Positions 47,982 to 57,497 of a stretch of 64,000 nucleotides of DNA are shown here, piece after piece; the stretch's first letter is position 1, and each line of letters starts with the position of its first letter. A program made the translations under genes and the position numbers. The notes under the pieces were generated by a model. The model did not search any database. It was not told the origin of the DNA and saw only the letters and a program-made list of their open reading frames with translations. This DNA comes from a virus (lineage: Duplodnaviria > Caudoviricetes): positions 19,742 through 83,741 of the IMG/VR virus record IMGVR_UViG_3300005985_000001; one strand, given 5' to 3'.

Positions 47982-49093
47982 TGGCGACGCTTCGTTTCAG
48001 TGATTACCGAGCCAGCAACTATGAATTTCCACTGACCCTCGAAGAGGTGTTTCGGCTCTATACGGCATTTTCCAATCTGCACGACACCTCATTTGACAGT
48101 ATTGTAGACATCACGAGCGTCACTGTGACCGATGTGAGCAGTGGAGGCTTCACAGGCGTGGGCGGGTATTCCGTTGCATCGACCAGTTTTGAAGTCCAGT
48201 ACCACAAAGCAGATCATGATCAGTGGGTGATGATTACCAGCAGCGAAGGCTATGGAAGCGTTGAGGTTGGAACGGACGATACTGGGCGTCCAGTGGTGCG
48301 GCGAAACAATGTCATCGTTCAACTTCTTCCTTTGACTACCCCTGAAGAAGCGAATGTACGTTTAGTGTTTCGGCAATTACAGACTCTGGACAATGAAAAC
48401 CAGATCTGGGCAACGGTGGCGCTTTATATGAATGAAGCCCTGATCACGACCTGGCAGCAGTTACTCAATACTGCCTTCTCCAACTTTAGAGTACAGTTCA
48501 ATGCCCGAAACAGTGAAACCCGTACCTACACCAATATCCGCATCCCAGAACTGACCGAAATTGCGGAGTTTGGCACTCTTGATCCGGGTGCAAATCCGAT
48601 GAATGGCTTACAGCAGACCATCGAAGGACGCTATCTCAAGTTCTTCGTGCGGTTTGACGGAACGTTCCGCGCCTGGCGTGTAAAAGCGGTGACTAATAAA
48701 CATACTTTTGACCCAGGTGAGTTTTTTATTACCTCTCTAGGAAATGATCTTACCGACTTTGCAACCCATGTTCGCATGATGGGTGCTTACATCTGGAGTG
48801 AAGCGATTGACGAAGCAGGCGCAGCCAAATGGGGGCATCGTTTTCAGGAACTGAATAACTCGATGCTGCTCACCAAGTTCGAGTGTTTCCGAGAAGCCAG
48901 CAATACGCTCAAGCGTATGCAGGAAAATGCGTTTACTGAGAGTGCAGAAGTGCCCTATGTCATTTTTCTGGAGCCTGAAGATCGCGTGGCAACGGATGGC
49001 GATTGGCTGGTAACAGCTTACAGTCTCTCGCTGGCGGTTGCTGAACTCAGCCAACAGCTTGATCTGCGTTTTTATGCATGGGGTGAAGTCTAA
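47981..49093 (+). CDS. minor tail protein
   Basis: TAATG coupling; position. Confidence 0.7.
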   Translation: MATLRFSDYRASNYEFPLTLEEVFRLYTAFSNLHDTSFDSIVDITSVTVTDVSSGGFTGVGGYSVASTSFEVQYHKADHDQWVMITSSEGYGSVEVGTDDTGRPVVRRNNVIVQLLPLTTPEEANVRLVFRQLQTLDNENQIWATVALYMNEALITTWQQLLNTAFSNFRVQFNARNSETRTYTNIRIPELTEIAEFGTLDPGANPMNGLQQTIEGRYLKFFVRFDGTFRAWRVKAVTNKHTFDPGEFFITSLGNDLTDFATHVRMMGAYIWSEAIDEAGAAKWGHRFQELNNSMLLTKFECFREASNTLKRMQENAFTESAEVPYVIFLEPEDRVATDGDWLVTAYSLSLAVAELSQQLDLRFYAWGEV

Positions 49094-50568
49094 TGCCCCG
49101 CAGTGATATTGATGCGATTGATCGCCGCGTCAGCGCACTCAAGAACCGCGATCCAAAGGAAGGTCGGATTGTCTCGGTTGAAGGACGCATTGCGAAGGTG
49201 CGTCCAAAAGGCTCTTCGCTGCTTCGCGCCGTTTATTGCGATGAAAGTCGCTCTGTAGAGCCAGGAAAACGCTGCATCTTTCAGTGGTTGCCCGAAAGCA
49301 AGAAATATGTTATGCTGACCGTGTTCAGTGATAACAATTCCACTGATAACTATCTCCGTAGTAAATACGAACTTTTCCCCCCAGGGGGTGTCCAAGTCGT
49401 CAGCGGCATTCTTCCGAGTGCCTTTGAGATGCGCTGGAACACCCCACCGCAGCAGCCTGTCACCTTCGAAGTTGAGTCGAACACCTCGGTTTCTGAGATC
49501 GGCACCACTGCGCGAGGAACAACCCGTGCAGGCGGGATGCTAATCTATACCAATAACCCTCTGTACGTGCGCGTGCGCTCGATTGCAGAAAATTTCCAGA
49601 AATCCGCCTGGTCTACCTGGTTACTGGGCACGCCGGGCAGTGCATCGGGTGTGACAGGCATTACTGGCGATTGCTGTGGTGTGGAAGACTTCACGGATCT
49701 GGGGGATGTTCCTAGTGCCTATACCGGACATGCCAACAAGGTTGTGGCAGTTAAGGGCGACGAATCCGGTCTGGAGTTTATTACCCCTCCTGTTACCGGC
49801 GCAGAAGACTTCACAGATTTAGGAGATGTACCGAGTGCTTACACGGGACACGGTAGCAAACTCGTTGCCGTCAAAGGCGATGAGTCTGGATTGGAGTTCG
49901 TCACGGCTCCCAGTGGAGGTGGAATTGCTTCGGTCGTCGGCGGCACCGGGATCTCGATTGATAATACCGACCCTGATAATCCCATCATCAACTCGACGGC
50001 ACCCGGACTCGATCCCAATATCAATGATCCCCCGGATGCCACCGATTTTACCGAAGTCAACTTTAACACCGAAGCGGATCTGACCGATGCCTGGAATGGG
50101 TTGAATTTCCATTGTGAAAGTGCCAGTGGCGATCACATTCGCAAGTTTGTGATGAGCGCGTCAGCACCCTATGACCTCAAAACCAAGATTCTCTACCAAG
50201 CCATTGATACCGACTATACTCGTTTCGGGATTGGTTGCCGAGAGAGTGGTTCTGGGAAGCAGATGTTCTGCGGTCATGCCCATGTCGGAAGTTCAGGTTT
50301 TGAACTGTCCAAGTGGAATGACGACAGTTACGATGGCAATGAAGCTTTACAAACCCTGCCTTCCTGGGGAGGCTATGAACTCTGGCTGCGGGTGCAGAAT
50401 GATGGCACGAATCGCATCTTTTCCTACTCTCGGGATGGCGAATGGTGGCTGCCGTTCTTTACCAATGACGACGACTACTATCTGACCGAAGATCAGGTGG
50501 GTTTCTTCACCAATCATCAGAATGGCTACGATCTAAATGTGCGTGTTCTCTCCTGGGAACTCACCTAG
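49093..50568 (+). CDS. minor tail protein (OB-like, FN3-like and lectin-like domains)
   Basis: FEMRWNTP...YVRVRSI...SAWS FN3 pattern; internal repeat. Confidence 0.75.
   Translation: MPRSDIDAIDRRVSALKNRDPKEGRIVSVEGRIAKVRPKGSSLLRAVYCDESRSVEPGKRCIFQWLPESKKYVMLTVFSDNNSTDNYLRSKYELFPPGGVQVVSGILPSAFEMRWNTPPQQPVTFEVESNTSVSEIGTTARGTTRAGGMLIYTNNPLYVRVRSIAENFQKSAWSTWLLGTPGSASGVTGITGDCCGVEDFTDLGDVPSAYTGHANKVVAVKGDESGLEFITPPVTGAEDFTDLGDVPSAYTGHGSKLVAVKGDESGLEFVTAPSGGGIASVVGGTGISIDNTDPDNPIINSTAPGLDPNINDPPDATDFTEVNFNTEADLTDAWNGLNFHCESASGDHIRKFVMSASAPYDLKTKILYQAIDTDYTRFGIGCRESGSGKQMFCGHAHVGSSGFELSKWNDDSYDGNEALQTLPSWGGYELWLRVQNDGTNRIFSYSRDGEWWLPFFTNDDDYYLTEDQVGFFTNHQNGYDLNVRVLSWELT
49678..49911 (+). repeat. 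two tandem 120-nt repeats encoding EDFTDLGDVPSAYTGH..K.VAVKGDESGLEF
   Basis: Near-identical 40-aa units with synonymous differences. Confidence 0.9.
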
Positions 50569-50633
50569 TCACTCCTCGCTCTAAATAATATTCCTCTTTT
50601 CTTTCTACTTATTCTTTTGAATCGGACACACTT

Positions 50634-53528
50634 ATGTTCGACCAACTCCCCGCTACCCCTAAAGAACTTACCCAAGCCCAAGCCGATGCGCGTTATGTGC
50701 AACTGCTGATCGACGTTTCAGTTACCCCGGCTGCGAATAAGATTCCCCGTGCCGACAGCACCGGCTTTCTCAACGACTGGATCAATCAGGGCGGGGGATC
50801 GCTTTTTGACGCCGATCTGCTGGACGGACTGGAAGCCAGCGATTTTGCTTTGGCGGGGCATATTCACGATGACCGTTACTACACTGAAACCGAGATTGAT
50901 GGTTTTCTCGACGGACTACTGACTAATATTGGCGAAAATTATCAACCGCTTGATGCCGATCTGACCGCAATTGCTGCTCTATCACCCGCAGATGGCACAT
51001 TCATACGTAGGACAGGTGGCGCGTGGGATGCGGCGGCGTTGGTTGCGGGAGATATCCCTGACCTAAGCGCCATCTATCAGCCACTCGATGCGACCCTCAC
51101 AGCACTGGCTGCCTACAACACAAATGGTTTGCTGATCCAGACTGCACCGGATACTTTCGTCGGGCGTACCATCACCGGAACCACGAACCGAATCAGTGTG
51201 ACCAATGGCAACGGTGTCAACGGCAACCCGACGCTGGACATTGGCTCGGATGTTGTGACCTTAACCGGATCGCAGACTCTCACCAACAAGACGTTCACGA
51301 CGCCTACCATTGCCAGCTTTGCGAACGCCCTCCACAGTCATCAGGACGCAGCCGGGGGCGGGCAACTGAACGCGGGCAGTGTGTTCAACGCCGGACTGGT
51401 CCCGCTGGCACGCGGCGGCGTAAATGCAGACCTGAGTGCTACGGGTGGGGCGAACCAGTTCCTCAAGCAGTCCAGTTCCGGTGCAGCCATCACAGTCGCG
51501 GGTATCCTGAGCGCAGATTTGACCAGTGCGCTGACCACGCCCCCTGCCATTGGCGGGACGACTCCTGCAAATGGAACCTTCCTCGCCGTTGTCGGAACAA
51601 CGATTACCGGTTCGGGTGATGCCCGCTTTGGCGCAGCCGGAGCAACCGCAGCACGGCTGAACGTCAACCCGGCAGCCTCGCAAATCGGGGAGATTATCCG
51701 CGCGAACGCGACCACGCCCGGAAACCTGACCGAATGGCAGAACAGCGGCGGGACAATACTGGCGCTGATCAACGCTACAGGGAGTGCGCAATTTGCGGCA
51801 ATGGATAACACCCCCATCGGCAATACGACCCCCGCCGCATTTACGGGGACAACCGGACGCTTTAATAATGATCTGACACTGGCAGGCGCACCCGGAAAAG
51901 TCAAGCCCGCCACCAATAGCACGACCGCGCTGCAAATCGCGCAGGCGGACGGCACCGCCTTTGTGACGTTTGACACCACCAACCGGAGAATGGGTGTCCG
52001 GGTCACGCCGACCCGCTCGATTGGAGTTGGCACGGGGGTAGCCAACCAGCTGGTGAATATTGACGACACCGGGATTTACTTCACTCGCACAGTGGATGGC
52101 ACTGAGAATGCCAGTATTGCACGAGACGCAGGATCTACATCCAATGCGGTTTTCCTTGCCTATTCCGTTAGCGCAGGCGCCCATCGCTTTTATCGTGGGG
52201 GTGTTCTTGTAGCGGAAATCAACAGTGCTGTTAACGCAGCGGTTGATGCTTCCGGTGTGCTGAGCGTGGATGAAATTGCGGCGCTCACCACCCTTAATAC
52301 GCCGTCGAATGCCGGACTTTTCATAAACAATGATCAGTCATCCAGCACGGTCGATGGGCAGGTGTTCAATCGTACTAACCGCGCCACGCAGGTCAGTGAC
52401 CGCTACATTACCACCTGGAAATGGAACAACAGCGAAGTTGCACATCTTGCCAATAATGGCGAACTGGTCATTCGGGGAACTGACGCCTCGACCAATACGG
52501 TGTTTCCGGCACTAACCATTAATCATAAGAACAGCAGCCCCAACGCGGCAACCAACTTCGGCATCGGTCTGCTGTTTACGGGCGACAGTTCCACGACTGC
52601 TGATCAAAGCATGGCAGCTTGGGAGGCCTCATGGTCTGTTGCTACCCATGCCTCTCGCGTCTCGCAACTGATTGGCTACGTGTGGAACATCGGCACAAAG
52701 ACGGCGGTGCTGACGCTGACGCCGACGACTGTTCGCATCAGTGCATCAGGCGGCTTGAACCTGCCAGCGGGTACGGATACTGCGCCACCCGGTGGAACCA
52801 GTTCGATTGGCACAGACGGATCAAACAACCTGGTGTTCCGTTCAAACAGTGCGATCTACTTCCTGCCCCTTAACGCCACTACGCAGGTGCGCGTCCAGAC
52901 CGATACCTTGCTTTTGAATAACGGTGCTTCCGCCAATGGCATCTACGGGAACAATGCAACCCTGCTGACGACCACCATGAGCAATCTGTCGGCAGGCGGT
53001 GCATTTAAGCTGGCAGTGAAGGCCGGTGGCACACAAAACACCAATAACCTTCAGGAATGGCAGGACAACAGCGTTGGTATTCTCGCGCTGGTCACGTATC
53101 GCGGCGGCGCAGTGTTTAACGAGCAGGGGTTAGATACCGACTTCCGTATCGAAGGCGATACCGACGCCAACCTGTTCTTCCTCGACGCCAGCGCAGACCG
53201 CATCGGCATCGGCAACAATGCGCCCAACAACAAACTGGACGTGACCGGAACCATCCAGGCGGATGGGCTGCAACTCGATGATGGCAACATTATTCTCGGC
53301 ACGACCACCGGCACGAAGATCGGCACGGCGACCAGCCAGAAGATCGGATTGTGGAATGCAACACCGATTGTTCAGCCATCCTCAACAGGCGAGAACACCG
53401 GTTTTACCGCAGGTGCAGGCTCAGCCGTCGATCATCAGGCGACTTTCACTGGCAATGTAGGGACGAAAGCCTATACCCTCAACGATATCGTGAAGCACCT
53501 GAAAAATATGGGGGCGCTTGCCGCCTAA
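50634..53528 (+). CDS. tail fibre / receptor-binding protein
   Basis: 964 aa, G/T/A/N-rich; HIHDDRYYTETEID and repeated YQPLDA.LTA.AA fibre motifs. Confidence 0.85.
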   Translation: MFDQLPATPKELTQAQADARYVQLLIDVSVTPAANKIPRADSTGFLNDWINQGGGSLFDADLLDGLEASDFALAGHIHDDRYYTETEIDGFLDGLLTNIGENYQPLDADLTAIAALSPADGTFIRRTGGAWDAAALVAGDIPDLSAIYQPLDATLTALAAYNTNGLLIQTAPDTFVGRTITGTTNRISVTNGNGVNGNPTLDIGSDVVTLTGSQTLTNKTFTTPTIASFANALHSHQDAAGGGQLNAGSVFNAGLVPLARGGVNADLSATGGANQFLKQSSSGAAITVAGILSADLTSALTTPPAIGGTTPANGTFLAVVGTTITGSGDARFGAAGATAARLNVNPAASQIGEIIRANATTPGNLTEWQNSGGTILALINATGSAQFAAMDNTPIGNTTPAAFTGTTGRFNNDLTLAGAPGKVKPATNSTTALQIAQADGTAFVTFDTTNRRMGVRVTPTRSIGVGTGVANQLVNIDDTGIYFTRTVDGTENASIARDAGSTSNAVFLAYSVSAGAHRFYRGGVLVAEINSAVNAAVDASGVLSVDEIAALTTLNTPSNAGLFINNDQSSSTVDGQVFNRTNRATQVSDRYITTWKWNNSEVAHLANNGELVIRGTDASTNTVFPALTINHKNSSPNAATNFGIGLLFTGDSSTTADQSMAAWEASWSVATHASRVSQLIGYVWNIGTKTAVLTLTPTTVRISASGGLNLPAGTDTAPPGGTSSIGTDGSNNLVFRSNSAIYFLPLNATTQVRVQTDTLLLNNGASANGIYGNNATLLTTTMSNLSAGGAFKLAVKAGGTQNTNNLQEWQDNSVGILALVTYRGGAVFNEQGLDTDFRIEGDTDANLFFLDASADRIGIGNNAPNNKLDVTGTIQADGLQLDDGNIILGTTTGTKIGTATSQKIGLWNATPIVQPSSTGENTGFTAGAGSAVDHQATFTGNVGTKAYTLNDIVKHLKNMGALAA

Positions 53529-53550
53529 GTATTCACACATTTTCGTAATG

Positions 53551-53561
53551 TGTGCTATACT
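53551..53561 (+). promoter_or_regulatory. extended -10 promoter TGTGCTATACT
   Basis: TGn-TATACT in an intergenic gap; related to 44875-44885 and 63513-63523. Confidence 0.6.
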
Positions 53562-53661
53562 AAGAAGTATCCCCTAGACATACCTACAACTGAAGTACCC
53601 TTTCTGCTCGGAACGTTCCGAGCAATCCTCGTATTTTGGTTTCTCGCAAGGAGCACTTCTC

Positions 53662-54307
53662 ATGGCAGTAGACTATCGTGACGATCAACTGGATACTATT
53701 AGCACTATTCAGGCCGCCGCTGCGACCATCCTCGACACACTGACAAAGGCGCGGGCAGTGATTCAGGAAGCCATCGATAAGGGTTATTCGCCGGTTGGTG
53801 GGGCAAATCCGATCACAGATGCCATCTTGCAAACTCCTATTAATGGAGCGGCGAAGGGCCCGTTTCCTGATCTGAGCGCAGCAGACATTACTGCTGTTTC
53901 AGCCGCGATCACAGCAATCGACACTGCCCTCGCCGCGAACACTCGTACCCACTACAAAGCCCTAGCGCGAATGCGTTAGTTATACCCCGATGTCATCTGT
54001 TGCCCGTTCTACCCAACGTCTCAAAAAGAAAAGGAATCCCTCTATGTCAGATACCTCTGAAGTCCAAGTTGAAGCTGTCTCAAATCCATCCGCTGCTGAA
54101 GTCAAGCCATTGACGGCACGCGAAACCGCTCAAAACATGCTCAGTAACTTTGATCAGCAGTACGCACAGACACAAGCCAATATTGGACAGTTGAATGAGC
54201 AGAAAGCTGCCATCGAGCGCCAGATCGCTGATGAGACTTTCAAGCTTCATCAACTTCGTGGTGCATCGGCAGGTGTACAGGAAGTCCTTAAAGTTCTCCC
54301 GGAATAA
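53662..54307 (+). other. two small helical CDSs (53662-53979; 54044-54307, coiled coil)
   Basis: ORFs with RBS after the fibre gene; possible fibre chaperones. Confidence 0.65.
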
Positions 54308-54313
54308 CCCCTC

Positions 54314-55318
54314 ATGCTCTACCCCGTTGGTGCAACCCTCGATTTCTACGTCATCTTCCATCGTACCGATACCAGCCTCTCGTTTGAGCCGGACGATGCG
54401 ACGATTGTTGTGCGCCTTCCCGATGCCAGTGTGGTTACGTTTACTACGGGCGACGATGAAGTCGATGCGATTGTAGTCGAGGGTGTGACTTACATGCACG
54501 CGCAGCTTACCAGTGCAGTTGCAGGCGAATATATCTATCACGGGGAAACGACTGACCCGGATGCATCATCTGCCACGACTGGGAGCGGACAGCACCTGGT
54601 TGCCGCCTGGGTAAACAATCTGGATGTCACGATTTCTTCCCGGTTGGCTGCCGCAGATTATGTCCCACTCGAAGGGGTTGCTACGGTAGATGATCTTGCG
54701 GCTTTGGAAGCGCACGGGGATGCAGCCTGGGCAACCGCCGATACGCTGGATGCTGCTGAAACCGCAGCAGCCGTGCAGACCGGCATGACTGCTCAGGGTT
54801 TCACGCCTACTCGTGCAGGCTATCTGGATGTTCTCAACGGACTGGTGAACAATGTGCGGGATGCCGTCTGGAACGCACTAAGTGGTAGTTATAGCGTAGT
54901 CGGTTCGATGGGACTGCTGCTCCAGCAAATCTACTCGAAGATGTCCTTTGTTGGCGTGCGTACCATTATCGCGTCCTACCTGGATGTTCAGGGCAATATC
55001 TCGATTGATCAGGGTGCAGATGCGACGATTACCTGGGTGAGCAGCAGCTACCCCAATTTAGCAGGTGCTACCGTTGTGTTCCAGGCAGAATACACCCTCA
55101 CCGATCAGGTACTGCCCAATTACACCAAGAGCATTATGACCAGTTACAACCCGGATGAAGATGAATGGACGCTTACGCTGGAGATCCCGCATATCGACTC
55201 CGATGATCTAGGTGCAGGACGAAAAGCTTATCGTTATAAAGTGCTGGCTACCCTTGCGAGTGGTCGCAAGGAAATCCTCGAACGTGGCGGCGTAAACGTT
55301 GATAAAGCCATCGATTAA
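54314..55318 (+). CDS. Ig-like/BppU-like virion accessory protein
   Basis: Beta-sandwich-like N- and C-terminal segments separated by an Ala-rich spacer. Confidence 0.55.
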   Translation: MLYPVGATLDFYVIFHRTDTSLSFEPDDATIVVRLPDASVVTFTTGDDEVDAIVVEGVTYMHAQLTSAVAGEYIYHGETTDPDASSATTGSGQHLVAAWVNNLDVTISSRLAAADYVPLEGVATVDDLAALEAHGDAAWATADTLDAAETAAAVQTGMTAQGFTPTRAGYLDVLNGLVNNVRDAVWNALSGSYSVVGSMGLLLQQIYSKMSFVGVRTIIASYLDVQGNISIDQGADATITWVSSSYPNLAGATVVFQAEYTLTDQVLPNYTKSIMTSYNPDEDEWTLTLEIPHIDSDDLGAGRKAYRYKVLATLASGRKEILERGGVNVDKAID

Positions 55319-55355
55319 CGCTTTTCCTCTCTAGTATATCTCCGAAGAATCACAG

Positions 55356-55961
55356 ATGAATAACTTAATCAAACCTCTTGAATCTCTCCTTGAAGAGTTA
55401 CGGTCCTTCCTGGTTTACCGCCTTCAGAACAGCAAAGAAGATAGTGACCAGAATCAGACGTACATCGCACTGCTCTTTCTTCTAGGCTATGAAGTGTCTG
55501 GAGATGCAGAGCAGGGTTTTGTGGTTGCTCCACGAGATGAAATCATGAGAATTCCTACTTTTAATCCTCGCCAACGCTGGATTAATTGGACTCAGCTTCC
55601 ACGTTATAAACGAGCCGGTGATATTGCACGGCGTCTTCTGGCAATCTTTCTCATTGGTGGTGCTGGTTTTCTCTATAACGCTAATACCACAACGGGACTG
55701 AATCAGATTGTCGCCGAAGCTCTGTTTTTCCTGCCTTTCCAGACCTTTGCTCTATTGATGGCACTGGGTGGTTTTGCTCTCTTCCTTGTGTCACGCCCCT
55801 CAATCAGATGGTTTGTCTTCTTCACCTTCCCTTACCTTATCTACTCATTTTACGCGGTTACTGGGTGGTTGCTCGGACGACTGAATAGTGCTGCCGCGTT
55901 CCTGCTCGGCATTATGTACAGCATTCTTTTAGTGTTGTACTGGGGAACGACTGATGAATGA
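55356..55961 (+). CDS. multi-pass membrane protein (lysis region)
   Basis: About four C-terminal hydrophobic helices. Confidence 0.7.
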   Translation: MNNLIKPLESLLEELRSFLVYRLQNSKEDSDQNQTYIALLFLLGYEVSGDAEQGFVVAPRDEIMRIPTFNPRQRWINWTQLPRYKRAGDIARRLLAIFLIGGAGFLYNANTTTGLNQIVAEALFFLPFQTFALLMALGGFALFLVSRPSIRWFVFFTFPYLIYSFYAVTGWLLGRLNSAAAFLLGIMYSILLVLYWGTTDE

Positions 55962-56511
55962 GATGCTGGCAGGATTGGTTGCTTCGGCGCTGATCTTTCT
56001 GCCCATCCTTGCGCTGATTCTTCGTAACAATGCAAATGCCACGCGAGTGGTCATCAAGCGTTTTGAGACCGATGCAGGCAAGCTAGACAAGGCGCTTGAA
56101 GAAATTCAATCGCTTAAGGATAAGCATCAGCAGGATGCACTCGCAATTTCCGAAGAACGAGGTGGTTTGAAGCAGCAAATTGCGGATCTCAAAGAACAGA
56201 TCGGCATCGAGCGCGAAGCATCCGAGAAGCGAAGCACAACCAACACCGAGAAATTGGTGGAGATGCAGACGCAACTCACATTGATGCAGAATGCTCAGCA
56301 GGCGCTCATCGGTCAGATTCAGGTTGTTACCGAAGAGCGCGACCGGATTCAACGAGAATTGCTTACAGCAACCCAGGAACTGATATTGATTCGTAACCGG
56401 GAGAATGAACTCCTTGAAACCATTGCGACCCTTCAGGAACAGTTGCGTCAGCGCGATGACGCATTGGAAACCCTACGCCTTCAACTCAATGGTTCATCGG
56501 AATCCAGTTGA
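55954..56511 (+). CDS. membrane-anchored coiled-coil protein
   Basis: N-terminal TM helix plus long heptad-rich region. Confidence 0.75.
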   Translation: MNEMLAGLVASALIFLPILALILRNNANATRVVIKRFETDAGKLDKALEEIQSLKDKHQQDALAISEERGGLKQQIADLKEQIGIEREASEKRSTTNTEKLVEMQTQLTLMQNAQQALIGQIQVVTEERDRIQRELLTATQELILIRNRENELLETIATLQEQLRQRDDALETLRLQLNGSSESS

Positions 56512-56608
56512 AATAATTGCTATTTTGCTCTACAATGTACGTATGTTCTAGTGTTTCCCCTTTTGCACAACCCTCGTTTTCAATAACCTCAAATGGAGTA
56601 CAAACCTC

Positions 56609-56971
56609 GTGTCTTTTGATCCAAACGAATTCCCAGAAACAGAAGCACTCATTGAAATCAGTCCCATTCGCCCGATTATTGATCCTCTACTCAGTCTCTT
56701 TCGCAGCCGGAAGTTCCTTACAGCGATTCTGACTCTAGCAGTCAATCTCGCACTGCTGGCTGTGCCATCGCTTGCACCACTGCGAACGGAGATCCTCACC
56801 ATTGTGAGCGCCCTTGGTTTAGCGGTCATCGGTGGTATTGCCTATGAGGATGCCGCGAAGGGCGGACGAGAGATTGCTGCTGCGCCTATTGTCGCCAATG
56901 AAGACCTCGTTCGTGAAATCGTCCTGGATACGATCAACGTTTACTTGAACCGGTCAGAGAAGGCAAACTAG
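56609..56971 (+). CDS. holin
   Basis: RSRKFLTAIL followed by two TM helices and IAYED. Confidence 0.7.
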   Translation: MSFDPNEFPETEALIEISPIRPIIDPLLSLFRSRKFLTAILTLAVNLALLAVPSLAPLRTEILTIVSALGLAVIGGIAYEDAAKGGREIAAAPIVANEDLVREIVLDTINVYLNRSEKAN

Positions 56972-56976
56972 ATTCC

Positions 56977-57360
56977 ATGATGAAGCTGACAGGATATGTC
57001 CCTCGTGAGGGGGATCGGGTTCGCGTGCTTCATTTCGGAGCATTGAATGGTGCTGCGTTTGTGGGTTCAGAGGCAACCGCGCACTACGAACTCTTTGAAG
57101 TGCAAGGGCAGCCTGTACCGGGCTTTCAACTTTACCTGACCTTTGATCCTCCAGTCTGCACCATCCCCGCAGGTGCAACCTCTGCCATGATGGATGCCGT
57201 CTACGAAGATGCGCTGAAGTTCTGGGAAGAGCAAGACGTGGAGCCAGAATTTACCCGCGAGGAAATGGGTTACATCTCCGAAGTCTGGGTCGATGACGAA
57301 CTCGAACTGGAGTTGGTCAAAGATGATCAATATCCTCCCCTTCAACCCGCAGATATTTGA
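56977..57360 (+). CDS. hypothetical protein
   Basis: 127-aa acidic ORF. Confidence 0.65.
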   Translation: MMKLTGYVPREGDRVRVLHFGALNGAAFVGSEATAHYELFEVQGQPVPGFQLYLTFDPPVCTIPAGATSAMMDAVYEDALKFWEEQDVEPEFTREEMGYISEVWVDDELELELVKDDQYPPLQPADI

Positions 57361-57497
57361 ACTTCCAGTAGCGTATATCCGCAAACACGGCCTCGTTGTG
57401 AATGGGATCGTCTGGATCAAGGATGGTCCTAACTACACCTGCCTCAACCTCACTCCTGAAGAACTTGAAGACAAACTGACGGAACGTTCCGACTCAC

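Noticed and set aside
49093-53528. Diversity-generating retroelement acting on tail genes
   Set aside because: No reverse transcriptase in the window; the 120-nt repeats are tandem, in frame, and their differences are not confined to adenines
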